Below, piece by piece: positions 51,583-60,695 of a stretch of 64,000 nucleotides of DNA; the first letter of the stretch is position 1; each line of letters starts with the position of its first letter. Location of the stretch: positions 6,455,474-6,519,473 of the forward strand of contig OZ252227.1 of assembly GCA_965249175.1 (NCBI GenBank). Reading direction: 5' to 3'. The translations under genes were made by a program, and so were the position numbers. Below the pieces are notes generated by a model. The model searched no databases. It worked only from the letters and a program-made list of their open reading frames with translations, and was not told the DNA's origin. The DNA is from Vicinamibacterales bacterium (GTDB lineage: Bacteria; Acidobacteriota; Vicinamibacteria; Vicinamibacterales; UBA8438).

Positions 51583-51786
51583 TTAGGCCGCCGGCCTGTC
51601 CGTGCCGCCGCGCGGGCGGGCGTCGAGCCACGCCACGATTTCGGATTCGTACCAGCGGACCGCGCGGCTGCCGAGCCTGATCGGCTTCGGGAATCCGTCT
51701 CGCTTGATCAGGCTGTAAATGGTCGACTTCGACGCGCCGACCAATGCCCGCACCGCGCGGCAGTCAAGCATGCGGGGCGGGGTCAT
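51583..51786 (-). CDS. alpA: AlpA-family regulator/excisionase
   Basis: V...VG.SKSTIY..I....FPKPIRLG.RAV.W.ESEI..W. Confidence 0.93.
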   Translation of the reverse strand: MTPPRMLDCRAVRALVGASKSTIYSLIKRDGFPKPIRLGSRAVRWYESEIVAWLDARPRGGTDRPAA

Positions 51787-52280
51787 GGGTCCGACCTTTC
51801 GTCGGCCGCTACCTTCGCCAGCATGCCCCGCATCATCGCCTGGAACTTCTCGGGGTCGTCGCGCTGGAGCCGGAGCAGCGTGTTGCGCTCAAATGCGCGC
51901 TGAATGGCGGGCGGCGCGTCCGCCGTCAGGCGCTCATTGTGGGTGCGCGTCCATGCGCCGGCCTCCCTGAGGTCGGCTTCTGTCGTCCCCGCAATGGCTA
52001 CTTCGATGTTGAAGCGCGTGGGATGGCGCGCCTCGAAGCTCAGACGCTGTTCGATGAGCGCCCCGAGGAATCGCCGCCGCTCGTTCGCAATGCGATGCGG
52101 GGTCAGCGGTTCGAGCTGGCGGCCTTCCTGAATCAGCGCCGGGAGCGTCAGCATGTCCCGCTGCTTGAGGTCATCGACAATCGCCGCATCCAGCATCTCC
52201 ACATGCCGTTTTTCCAGCCGAACCACCACCGCCTGTTCGTCATCTGGTTTCGGGGGACGCCCGATCTTCGCTGCAGCCAT
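51783..52280 (-). CDS. Hypothetical DNA-binding protein
   Basis: KIGRPPK...VVVRL N-terminus (RHH-like); coupled to alpA. Confidence 0.6.
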   Translation of the reverse strand: MAAAKIGRPPKPDDEQAVVVRLEKRHVEMLDAAIVDDLKQRDMLTLPALIQEGRQLEPLTPHRIANERRRFLGALIEQRLSFEARHPTRFNIEVAIAGTTEADLREAGAWTRTHNERLTADAPPAIQRAFERNTLLRLQRDDPEKFQAMMRGMLAKVAADERSDP

Positions 52281-52374
52281 TTTTCAAGCCTACAAAGCCT
52301 TTAAGAATCGTATATTACTTTGGAGTCGGAATACAAGCGCTGGCCAGTCGGCCGAACGGTGAACGCCCGCCGCC

Positions 52375-52614
52375 CTACTCGTCGCCGCCGTATTTGTCGG
52401 GCAACGTCACGCCCTTCAACTTGGCGATTTCGAGGCAGAGACAGCTGACGGCCACGGCCAGCGTGCTGCTGATGGCCGGCTCATCAGCGACGAGCCGCCA
52501 GGCGACGCGCAGGGGGTTGTCGTGCGCCGTCGGCGAGACAGTGAGGGCCTCGCGAATCGTGGGCGGTGTGAGTGTGGGAGACGAAACAGGCGGGATAGAA
52601 TGAGACTCAGCCAT
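52375..52614 (-). CDS. Small hypothetical protein
   Basis: AGGAG RBS, MAESHSIP... Confidence 0.55.
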   Translation of the reverse strand: MAESHSIPPVSSPTLTPPTIREALTVSPTAHDNPLRVAWRLVADEPAISSTLAVAVSCLCLEIAKLKGVTLPDKYGGDE

Positions 52615-52696
52615 GGCACGCTCCTGGTTAGCGGGTTGTGGTGAGGCTCTCGGGGGTGCTTTGTACACCCTCGGGGGCCGCTTCAAACTGCCCGCA

Positions 52697-52726
52697 AGCC
52701 TAGACGGGTGGGGGGCGACGTGTCAA
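52697..52726 (-). promoter_or_regulatory. Sigma70-like leftward promoter
   Basis: TTGACA-18 bp-TAGGCT on the minus strand. Confidence 0.55.
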
Positions 52727-52742
52727 GCGTGAGACGTGCCAA

Positions 52743-53173
52743 TTTTCGCGCCGGCGCGAAAAATTCCGATGGGCCGAGACGTTCCAATTGTGTCGGCGCC
52801 GACACCGACGCCACCCGAAGGGCGGTATCTTTCTGACGCTTCGACATCCCTGCGTCGCGAGCCGCTTGGGAGCGTGAAGAACTTGTATCGGCGCCGATAC
52901 AAGTTCGTGAGCCGGCTAACTAATTCGTTAGGCGCCGACCGATTTTGGGAAATACGGCAGGTCTGCCGCATTTTTCTGACGGGCCCGCCCGTTCCAGTGC
53001 CTGCCCGCCGGCCATCGGTGCCAACCAAAACATTAGGGACGGGGCCGACCCTAATGTTCTTACTCGTCAGCCAGCAGCCCGGCCAGCTCCGCCGCCCGGT
53101 TCATGTCCAATTTTCTCGGCGCCGAGAAACAGGGGAGGCGCCTCCCCCTAATTCGTGCGCCGGCGCACGAATT
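52743..53173. repeat. Array of loop-less palindromes centred on GGCGCC/GCCGGC
   Basis: Perfect palindromes at 52743-52762, 52790-52805, 52879-52906, 53112-53129, 53132-53147 and 53150-53173; degenerate ones near 52922, 52950 and 53029. Confidence 0.9.
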
Positions 53174-53175
53174 GC

Positions 53176-54222
53176 TTAGGACGCGTCCAGCAGCCCGGCC
53201 AGGCCCGCCGCCTGATCCACCGACATCCCGCCGCCCACGAGGCTTTGGAAGGCGCGAGCGCGGCCAGATAGATCCGACGCGAACAGCTTGTCGAACCCGA
53301 GCGTGAGCGTCGGTGTATCGAGCTTCGCGGCCAGTTCGGTGGCCACGCACGCCGCGAGCGGTTGGACGCAGCCGTGCAAGAACCGCCGCCACGCTTCACG
53401 TTGCCCCGTGCCGTCGCCGGGGGTGACGAGTTCCACCGGCACGCCACACGCACTCAACACGGCGCGCGCGGCATCTGTGCGCAACGTCGCCAAACTCGCC
53501 GGCGGATTCGCGCCTAACCGCTGCGGCTGGTAATCACCTCGCGGGGCGGCCATCCGCCCGTCGCCCCAGCCGGCCGCCAACGTTTCGACGAGCGCCGTCT
53601 TGCCGCCGAGCGATCCAATATCCCGACGCAGATCCGACACGCTGTCATCCTGGCCGTCGCTCGGAATGGGCAGCACGAACCCTCTCGTGCCGGCTGCCTC
53701 GTCGCCGAGCGCCGCTTCGAGTTCCGCACTGAGCCGGCCCGACAACCGGGCACGTGCGAGCGGCCCGACGCCCACCCACGGCCGCGCCGGATCGATTGAG
53801 TAGCGGCAGTGAATCACGCCCTCGGCCGGACGCACGATCGTCGTCGTGCCGGACGGGCCAGCGAGATCGCAGCGGTAGCGCCAGGTGGTGGAATCGGCCG
53901 CGCCCGTCACGTCCCACGCGGCAACGGGTAGGAGACGTACCCGGCCCTCGGCGACAGCGAGAATCAGGACGATCTCGCCGTGGACGATCAGGGCACGGCC
54001 GATGTCGGCCAGCACGTCAGGGGTGAGCCCCCGCGTCGCTGGCGTGTTCGGTGTGATCTCAGCGCTGGCGAACGCGCGACTGAGCGCCCCCGCCGCCGCT
54101 TCCACAGCCGCCGTGGCCGCCACGTCCGCGTGCGTGCCCGCAGCCCGCGCGAGGATCGCCTGGACGACGCCATCCGTATAGGACGCCTGCCGGTGTTCGG
54201 TGCGTCGCGTGAAGGGCCACAT
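53176..54222 (-). CDS. Phage portal protein
   Basis: Position in the head module; MWPF..., AV.AA...LS..FAS, LIVHGE, A.GVP..L, VQPL....ELA.KL. Confidence 0.8.
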   Translation of the reverse strand: MWPFTRRTEHRQASYTDGVVQAILARAAGTHADVAATAAVEAAAGALSRAFASAEITPNTPATRGLTPDVLADIGRALIVHGEIVLILAVAEGRVRLLPVAAWDVTGAADSTTWRYRCDLAGPSGTTTIVRPAEGVIHCRYSIDPARPWVGVGPLARARLSGRLSAELEAALGDEAAGTRGFVLPIPSDGQDDSVSDLRRDIGSLGGKTALVETLAAGWGDGRMAAPRGDYQPQRLGANPPASLATLRTDAARAVLSACGVPVELVTPGDGTGQREAWRRFLHGCVQPLAACVATELAAKLDTPTLTLGFDKLFASDLSGRARAFQSLVGGGMSVDQAAGLAGLLDAS

Positions 54223-54224
54223 GG

Positions 54225-54539
54225 CTAACAGGCTCCCGCGCGGTGCACGCGCCATGGCTTGAGCAGACTGGCCGCCCCGCTCTTGATGAACCCGCCCGCC
54301 GAACTGACGGCCGGCCGTTCGTCGCTGCCGAACGAGGCGCTATCGAACAACCAGCCGAACAACCGGAGCGTCGCTTCGTCCTTCACGGCGTCGGGTGCGT
54401 CGGGCGCGTGCTGCGTCACCAAGGCGACAGCCGCCGCGAGCGGGCGAGGCACCAGCCCTTCGTACTCCGAGCCGGCGTAGGCCTCTTCGTCCGCCACGAG
54501 GCGCAGATGCAGCGCCGCCTGCGCCTCTGTCACAGCCAT
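54225..54539 (-). CDS. Head-tail connector (gp6-like)
   Basis: HLRL, P.AVK.A.L.L.GWLF, AASLLKPWRV. Confidence 0.78.
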   Translation of the reverse strand: MAVTEAQAALHLRLVADEEAYAGSEYEGLVPRPLAAAVALVTQHAPDAPDAVKDEATLRLFGWLFDSASFGSDERPAVSSAGGFIKSGAASLLKPWRVHRAGAC

Positions 54540-55069
54540 ACGCGCCGCTGTCGTGGCCACACCTCGGGAGGGTGGCCACCCGAGGTGTGTCTTGCCGCTG
54601 CCGCGCGTTCGGCAATCGCCGCCAGACTCTCGCCGTACGCGGGCCGATCCACCAGCGCCAGGCCCCGCAACGCGGCCCGCTCGACGATCCGCACGCCGCC
54701 CTCGAAGCGTTCCCCCTCGACGCGAAATTCGAGCGAGAATCCCCGCAACACCCCACGACGCAGCAAGGCGGCCGTGTCGTGTCCGTCGCGGGTGTCCGGC
54801 AAGTCGAGCGTGGCCCGCAAGGCGTCCGGCCCGTCCGTGAACGTCAACCCGCCGCCGCCGGTACGGGCCAACGGCCGGCCGCGATCGTGGTGCACGTTCG
54901 CCAACACGTCGAGCGCCGCCACGTCGCCGAAGGCCCCAGACTGGAACCGCTCACGAAACCCCGGCAACTGCGCTTCGTCGTGGTAGCTGAGCGCGACGCC
55001 CTCGACACGGCCGGGGCCGCTGGCACTCTCGCGCCACTCGACAGGGGCGAAGCGATACTCGTCGATCAT
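54530..55069 (-). CDS. HK97-family prohead protease
   Basis: F.ERF..GAF, NVHHD...LART, G.L.GFS.EF, LALVDRPAY. Confidence 0.9.
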   Translation of the reverse strand: MIDEYRFAPVEWRESASGPGRVEGVALSYHDEAQLPGFRERFQSGAFGDVAALDVLANVHHDRGRPLARTGGGGLTFTDGPDALRATLDLPDTRDGHDTAALLRRGVLRGFSLEFRVEGERFEGGVRIVERAALRGLALVDRPAYGESLAAIAERAAAARHTSGGHPPEVWPRQRRVWL

Positions 55070-56307
55070 TACGCCACCTTGAACGCGGCCCGCACGTAGG
55101 CATCCGTTCGGATGATGCTGAACGCCCAGAGCGCGACGGCCGTGATCGCTATTTGGCCCTTCGCCGCGTGCGTATACGGATCGCGGATGAGTTCGAGGCC
55201 TTGCCACACCGGCGCAACAGCCGAGCCCGCGCCCCGGGCCGCCCGGTAGACGATCGCCGCTTGGATGTCCTGCCCCGTGCCGCTCGCTGGCGGGGCCGGA
55301 ATGAGCGCCGAGCTGACAAACCCGCCGCTGCGGGCGATCAAGTAGTCGCTCACGGCCACGTCACCACTCGTGTTCAGGAGCGTGCCGGCCAGCCCGTATG
55401 TCGCGGCCCCGACGAGCATCTTCACACCCGTGAGGTTGCGCGCGTAGCGGCCATCCACCGCCCGACTCGCCGCGCCGACGAAGTCTGAGAAGGTGGCTGT
55501 TGCTGTCGGGGCCGTCGGGGTCGCGAGCGCGCTCAGGAACCCGCTGACGTTCGGGGCCGTGCCGTTCCCATTCAGGACCTGATCGTCGATCTTTTCCCCG
55601 AGCGCCCCACTCAGATCCCGACGCAACGCCTCTTCCATGCCGCGCAGCCGCGCCGTGTCTTCGACGCCGAACAGATACCGTGCCGTCAGTCGACGTGGTT
55701 CCAAGACTGTCGTGCTGATCGTCGCCGCCTCGGCATCCTTCACCGCGCCCTTGCTCTTCATCTCCGGCGACACGCCAGCACTGAGCACCGGGTAATTGAC
55801 TTCGCCGATCCCGACCTGCGGCATGCTGACACCGAGATAGGCCGACGCGGTGTTCGCGAAGATGCGCCCCAGAATGGACGCCTGCGACTGGCCCACATTC
55901 GACGGCGCCGTCGTCGCCGTATCCGCCCGTTCCTCGTGACGGGGCAGCAACGCCTCCCACGGGATCAACCCTTCTCTCGCATGCTCCCCGAAGACGGCCG
56001 CGCGGAGTTCCTGTTCGGCCCCCGTGACGGCTCGGCCGGTGGCCGCCTCGTGCAAGTAGCTCCGCAGTTCGGCCCGCTCGACGAGGGCGCGCCGCTCGGT
56101 GTCTTCGCCGTCGTCGGCGCGCGGCTCCGGCGCGTCGGCCTCGGCGATGGTGGCCGCCCGCCAGCGCGTCTCGATGGTGGGGTATTCCGTCGCCAGCGCG
56201 GCCATCGTCGCGCGCTGTGCGTCCGTCGGGCTGTCAAGCCCAGATAGCTCATTGAGCGTCTGCCTGATCTCACTCAGTCGGAGTTGCAATCGTTGTCCAG
56301 TCGTCAT
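55069..56307 (-). CDS. HK97-fold major capsid protein
   Basis: Coiled N-terminal delta domain, D.QVLNGNG...P.G.L, RDPYT.A.KGQ. Confidence 0.88.
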   Translation of the reverse strand: MTTGQRLQLRLSEIRQTLNELSGLDSPTDAQRATMAALATEYPTIETRWRAATIAEADAPEPRADDGEDTERRALVERAELRSYLHEAATGRAVTGAEQELRAAVFGEHAREGLIPWEALLPRHEERADTATTAPSNVGQSQASILGRIFANTASAYLGVSMPQVGIGEVNYPVLSAGVSPEMKSKGAVKDAEAATISTTVLEPRRLTARYLFGVEDTARLRGMEEALRRDLSGALGEKIDDQVLNGNGTAPNVSGFLSALATPTAPTATATFSDFVGAASRAVDGRYARNLTGVKMLVGAATYGLAGTLLNTSGDVAVSDYLIARSGGFVSSALIPAPPASGTGQDIQAAIVYRAARGAGSAVAPVWQGLELIRDPYTHAAKGQIAITAVALWAFSIIRTDAYVRAAFKVA

Positions 56308-56585
56308 GTCTGTATCCCTTCTGTCAGTTCATTCACCAGTCGATCCCATGGTGTGTGTCTAAGGGGCGGATGATGCGCCCGCAGGTGACAGCGGCGACAG
56401 CGCACCTCCAGGTTGTCGATCGCAAAGGCGGGCCCGCCAGAGGCCAGTGGCTGCCGATGGTGGACTTCAAGCCGCCCCACACCGCCGCACACGCCGCAGC
56501 GCCACGCGGCCCGACTGAGCGCGGCGCGTCGGACGTGCGCCCAGCGCCGATCTCGATACACCGTCCGGCCGCGAGTGCCCGCCAT
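56304..56585 (-). CDS. HNH endonuclease (terminase-associated)
   Basis: C..CG..LEVHH..PL..GG....NL..C..CH. Confidence 0.92.
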   Translation of the reverse strand: MAGTRGRTVYRDRRWAHVRRAALSRAAWRCGVCGGVGRLEVHHRQPLASGGPAFAIDNLEVRCRRCHLRAHHPPLRHTPWDRLVNELTEGIQT

Positions 56586-58087
56586 TACGCCACCCCGAGA
56601 TAGACACGCGCCGGCCGGGGCCGCTCGTGCCGGACGCCAGCACTCACCGCCAGAATCGCCGCCGCCACCGCGTCGTCCTTCGCCCGAAACCGTCGCCCGC
56701 CTTCACTCGCCTTACTGAGTTTTTCGTTGCCGGCTGGATCGGCAATCACCGTCGCTTCGCGCATGGCGGCCCTGAGCAACAGCGACACGGCCGGACGCAC
56801 CTGACCCGTCAGACACGCCGTCCGAAACGCCCGCACATCTTCAGCCCCATCTTTGTAGCCTTGGCCCCGCAACAGGAACGCGCAGCGGGGCAGCCCCGCC
56901 GCGTCGAGCGCATCTCTCAGCTCACCTTCGCGCCACCGATCGGCGACGACGGCGGCTGGTACCCCAAAGCGATCCCGGACCACACGCACGAAGTCACTCA
57001 GCGGCACGACACGGCCCCCGAGCGTGACGAGCTCGCCTCGCCGGGCCATCTGCTGATACAGATCGGCCACGCCGTCCTTCAGCCCGCGTGCGGCCAGCGT
57101 CGGCGCACTCGGAAAGGCCGCCACGGTGTCCAGCCGGCCGCTCTCGGGCCAGAACGCACAGGCCGCCGTCATGGCCGCCGTGGTACCCGCGTCGATCCCC
57201 CAAATGCACGGGCCGTGACGGGGCGCGTCGTCGGCCTCAAGCTGTTCCCACGTGCCGGCCGCCAAGAGCGCTGCCCGTTCGGTGTCCGAGGTACCCAAGT
57301 TCAACCGCAGCGCCTGGAACGCCGGGAGCAGCGAGGCATCTGTCTTCGCGCGATCCGCCTCCACGCGAATCGCCGCCGCCAAGTCGGGCATCGTCGCGAG
57401 TGACGGGTTGGCCTTCCGCCACGTCCGTGTCACGAACGGGGGATCGTCAGACTCGGCCGCGTGACACTGGCTGTAGATGCCGGGCCCGCCGCCGAGCAAC
57501 GTCGCGAACCAGTGGCTCGTATCCGCCGGCCGCGTCCCGAACGCGATCAGCCGACTGTGCTGGATTTTCCCGAGCGCCGTCACCATCGCCGCGTGCATCC
57601 GCGCGCTCGTGCTCGGCGGCCATTGCGCCGGTTCATCCGCCAACACCAGCACCGGGGCCAAGCCATGCGCTCGACGCGGATCGCTACCAAGACAGCGCAC
57701 CCGCGCGCCCGTCGTCCGATCCTCAATGCTGGCCCGGTTCGCGCTGTCCTGGATGCGCCAGCGCGTCGGTTCGGTATCGAGCCATGGCCGCAGAAAGCTC
57801 AGCACGTGCTCGAAGATAATTCGGGCTTGCGTGAAGCTCGACGCGACACACACCACATCAGCCCTCGGCTGTGCCAACGGCCCGGCAATCGCCGCCGTCG
57901 CAATGGCCGCCGTCAGCGTCGATTTTCCGTTGCCCCGTGCCACCGACAACCCCGCACTCGACACCCCCGTCCGGAACGCGCCGCGCAGAAACCGGCGCTG
58001 CCACGGAGCCACAACGAACGGCTGCCCGGCGAGCCGCCCCTGCGTCACCGTCAACGCGCCGATCCAGTCAAGCAGTGCGTGTTGCAT
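56585..58087 (-). CDS. terL: Terminase large subunit
   Basis: PWQ, ARGNGKST Walker A, LADE Walker B, GID, KDD..A..LA. Confidence 0.92.
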   Translation of the reverse strand: MQHALLDWIGALTVTQGRLAGQPFVVAPWQRRFLRGAFRTGVSSAGLSVARGNGKSTLTAAIATAAIAGPLAQPRADVVCVASSFTQARIIFEHVLSFLRPWLDTEPTRWRIQDSANRASIEDRTTGARVRCLGSDPRRAHGLAPVLVLADEPAQWPPSTSARMHAAMVTALGKIQHSRLIAFGTRPADTSHWFATLLGGGPGIYSQCHAAESDDPPFVTRTWRKANPSLATMPDLAAAIRVEADRAKTDASLLPAFQALRLNLGTSDTERAALLAAGTWEQLEADDAPRHGPCIWGIDAGTTAAMTAACAFWPESGRLDTVAAFPSAPTLAARGLKDGVADLYQQMARRGELVTLGGRVVPLSDFVRVVRDRFGVPAAVVADRWREGELRDALDAAGLPRCAFLLRGQGYKDGAEDVRAFRTACLTGQVRPAVSLLLRAAMREATVIADPAGNEKLSKASEGGRRFRAKDDAVAAAILAVSAGVRHERPRPARVYLGVA

Positions 58088-58241
58088 CGAAGCCTTGGCT
58101 GCGGTGTCAGCGGCCCGGTGTGCGGCGTGGACAGGGGTCCCCACGGGGTGACCGGCGCACCAGAACCCTATACAAATACCTATACGCGATCCGGACGCGA
58201 TACGTCAACTACATTTAAATGATGGACTTACATGAATGAAG

Positions 58242-58315
58242 TGGCTGGGAGGCAGGGATTCGAACCCCGATTACACGGTCCAGAGCCGCGTGTCCTACCA
58301 TTGAACGACCTCCCA
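58242..58315 (-). tRNA. tRNA-Gln(CTG)
   Basis: TGGGAGG/CCTCCCA acceptor stem, CTCTGGA anticodon loop, GGTTCGAATCC, CCA end. Confidence 0.97.
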
Positions 58316-58390
58316 GCAAGAGGTCTCAGCGTAGGCGGAAACTCTCATTATAATCGCTCGTTAGGCGCCGGCGTCCGGGTACTGTAACGG

Positions 58391-59881
58391 GTGTGCTTCG
58401 CCGGTGAGCCGCCCCGGTTCATCCTCTCGCGCTGGCTGTTCCTCCGCCTCCTCGGCCTTGTCTACTTTCTGGCCTTTGCCTCGCTGACGCCGCAGATCCT
58501 GGGGCTGGTCGGCTCGGACGGTCTGCTGCCGATTGCGCGCTACCTCGAGGCCGCGAACGGGGTCTGGGGCTCGGACGCGTATTTCCGCCTGCCGACGCTG
58601 GCGTGGATCTCGGCGAGTGACTTCACCCTCACGGCCTTCTGCTGGACCGGAATGGGGCTCGCGCTGCTCGCCATCGCGGGGCTCGCACCCGTCGTGACGT
58701 TCGGTGCTCTCTGGATCCTCTATCTCTCGGTGACGGTCGCCGGGCAAGACTTTCTGCAGTTTCAGTGGGACATCCTGCTGCTGGAGACGGGCCTCCTCGG
58801 CATGCTCTACGCGCCGCTGGGGTGGTGGCCGCGCCTCGCCACGGCGCGTCCTCCGCTGACGGCGGTCCGATGGCTGATCTGGGGCCTAGCGTTCAAGCTG
58901 ACGTTTCTTTCGGGCGTCACCAAGCTGACGAGCGGCGACGAGACGTGGTGGGGCTTCACCGCGCTGCGCTACCACTACGAGACGCAGCCGCTGCCGACCT
59001 GGGTGGGCTGGTATGCGCACAATCTGCCGGACTGGTTCGGCACGCTGTCGGTCGGCGTGATGTTCGTCATCGAGCTCGCGGTCCCCTTTCTCATCGTTGT
59101 GCCCTCGCGTTTCCAGCGCGTGCGGGCCGCGGCGTGCGCGGCCCTCTGCCTGCTGCAGATCCTCATTGCGTTGACCGGCAACTACGGCTTCTTCAACCTG
59201 CTGACACTCGCCCTGTATCTCTCGCTCGTTGACGATGCGGTTGTCCACCGCCTGCTGCCCCGCTGGCTTGTCCGGGGCCGTGCGGCCACCCCTCTGGATC
59301 GACAGGTGCCGGAGCCGATGCCCTGGCGTCTCGCGGTCGCCGTCATCGCTGTTCCGCTGGCGTTGTTGAGCGCGCTCACCATCGTGCGGGAAGTCGCGCC
59401 CCCGGCGTCGCTGCCGACCCCGGTGAGCGCCGTGCTCGGCTGGGTAGCGCCGGTTCGCGCCATCAACGGCTACGGGTTGTTTCGCACGATGACGACCGAG
59501 CGCCCGGAGATCATCCTCGAGGCGAGCCCGGACGGAACAACCTGGACCGAGCACGCGTTTCGGTGGAAGCCCGGTCGCCTTTCAAGCCGGCCACGGTTCG
59601 TCCAGCCGCACATGCCGAGACTCGACTGGCAGATGTGGTTTGCCGCGCTCGGTCCACGCCAGCAGGCGCACTGGCTGATTCCGCTGGCCGAGGGGATCCT
59701 CGACGGATCTCCCGCCGTGCTCGCACTGCTCGACGCGCGCCCTTTCGTCGACGCGCCGCCGCAATTCGTCCGCTTTGTGTTGTATCGCTACCACTTCACG
59801 ACATCGGCCGAGGGTGCCGAAGGCGACTGGTGGCGCCGCGAGTTCATCGCCTACTTGACCGACCCCATCTCGCGTCGATGA
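58391..59881 (+). CDS. Lipase maturation factor (LMF1) family membrane protein
   Basis: FQWD.LLLETG, YHYETQPLP, TGNYGFFN, YGLF..MT..RPE, PHMPRLDWQMWFAA. Confidence 0.92.
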   Translation: MCFAGEPPRFILSRWLFLRLLGLVYFLAFASLTPQILGLVGSDGLLPIARYLEAANGVWGSDAYFRLPTLAWISASDFTLTAFCWTGMGLALLAIAGLAPVVTFGALWILYLSVTVAGQDFLQFQWDILLLETGLLGMLYAPLGWWPRLATARPPLTAVRWLIWGLAFKLTFLSGVTKLTSGDETWWGFTALRYHYETQPLPTWVGWYAHNLPDWFGTLSVGVMFVIELAVPFLIVVPSRFQRVRAAACAALCLLQILIALTGNYGFFNLLTLALYLSLVDDAVVHRLLPRWLVRGRAATPLDRQVPEPMPWRLAVAVIAVPLALLSALTIVREVAPPASLPTPVSAVLGWVAPVRAINGYGLFRTMTTERPEIILEASPDGTTWTEHAFRWKPGRLSSRPRFVQPHMPRLDWQMWFAALGPRQQAHWLIPLAEGILDGSPAVLALLDARPFVDAPPQFVRFVLYRYHFTTSAEGAEGDWWRREFIAYLTDPISRR

Positions 59882-59971
59882 CCGCCCGTGCCGGGTCGCA
59901 CCGACGCCGCAGGCTGGAACACCGCTGACCTGCGCGCCGTCCATATCTAGTGTCGTGCGCGAGGGGCGATC

Positions 59972-60586
59972 ATGAACAGACGGAAGGCACTCGGAGCAGC
60001 CGTGGCGCTGGTCGTGGTGGGGGTCACCGTCGTGGCTGTTGTCGGGCCGACGGAGTCCGAGCCGGACGAGATCGACCAGTTGCAGCAGGTGCTGCGCCTG
60101 GCCCCGGGGTCGACGGTGGCGGACGTCGGCGCCGGTGACGGCTGGCTGAGCGTCGAGGTGGCGCGACGGGTCGGCCCGGACGGTCACGTCTTCGCGACGG
60201 AGCTCAACCCGGCGCGACGCGACACGATACGCGAGACGGCGGCGGCGGCGGGTCTCGACCGACAGTTGACCGTGGTCGAGGCGGGTGTGCGAGAGTAGAA
60301 CTTACCGCCGGCCTGCTGCGACGCGATCTTCATGCGCCGCGTCTACCACCACCTCGGCGATCCCGCGCGCATCAACGCGAGCCTGTTCGACGCAACCCGC
60401 CCCGGCGGGCGTGTTGCCATCATCGAAGTCGAGCCGACGGGTCTGTTCAGCCCGCTGAAGATCTGGCCGCACTGGACGGACGACGAACGGGTGGTTGCCG
60501 AGATGACCGCAGCAGGCTTCCGACACGTGTCAACGGAGCCGTGGCCTGGCGCGGCCCACTACGTCGCGCTGTTCGAGAAGCATTGA
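59972..60586 (+). pseudogene. SAM-dependent methyltransferase with an in-frame TAG at 60296-60298
   Basis: VADVGAGDG; the frame continues NLPP.CCDAIFMRRVYHH, PGG.V.I.E after the stop. Confidence 0.8.
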
Positions 60587-60695
60587 ACCCGCCGAGACTC
60601 GAACGGCCGCTGCAGGGCCTGAAGGCCTGCGCTACGACGGTCGTTGGTCCAGGGTCCAGCGCCTGCGCGACGGATCCACACGTGTGCGCTGTGGG

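Larger units (their letters stand above)
48127..58255. mobile_element. Capsid-forming PICI-like phage satellite integrated at tRNA-Gln
   Basis: About 10.1 kb; integrase, AlpA, helicase, portal, protease, capsid, connector, HNH and TerL, no tail or lysis genes; att repeats; cctatac arm-like sites near both ends. Confidence 0.88.

Noticed and set aside
52743..53173. CRISPR array
   Set aside because: The units share only a 6-8 bp centre, spacing is irregular and there are no cas genes; reported as a palindrome array instead.
60296..60298. Pyrrolysine or amber read-through in the methyltransferase
   Set aside because: A single TAG at a position probably Ser/Thr, one change from TCG, in a pseudogene-rich region and with no pyl genes visible; a nonsense mutation is simpler.
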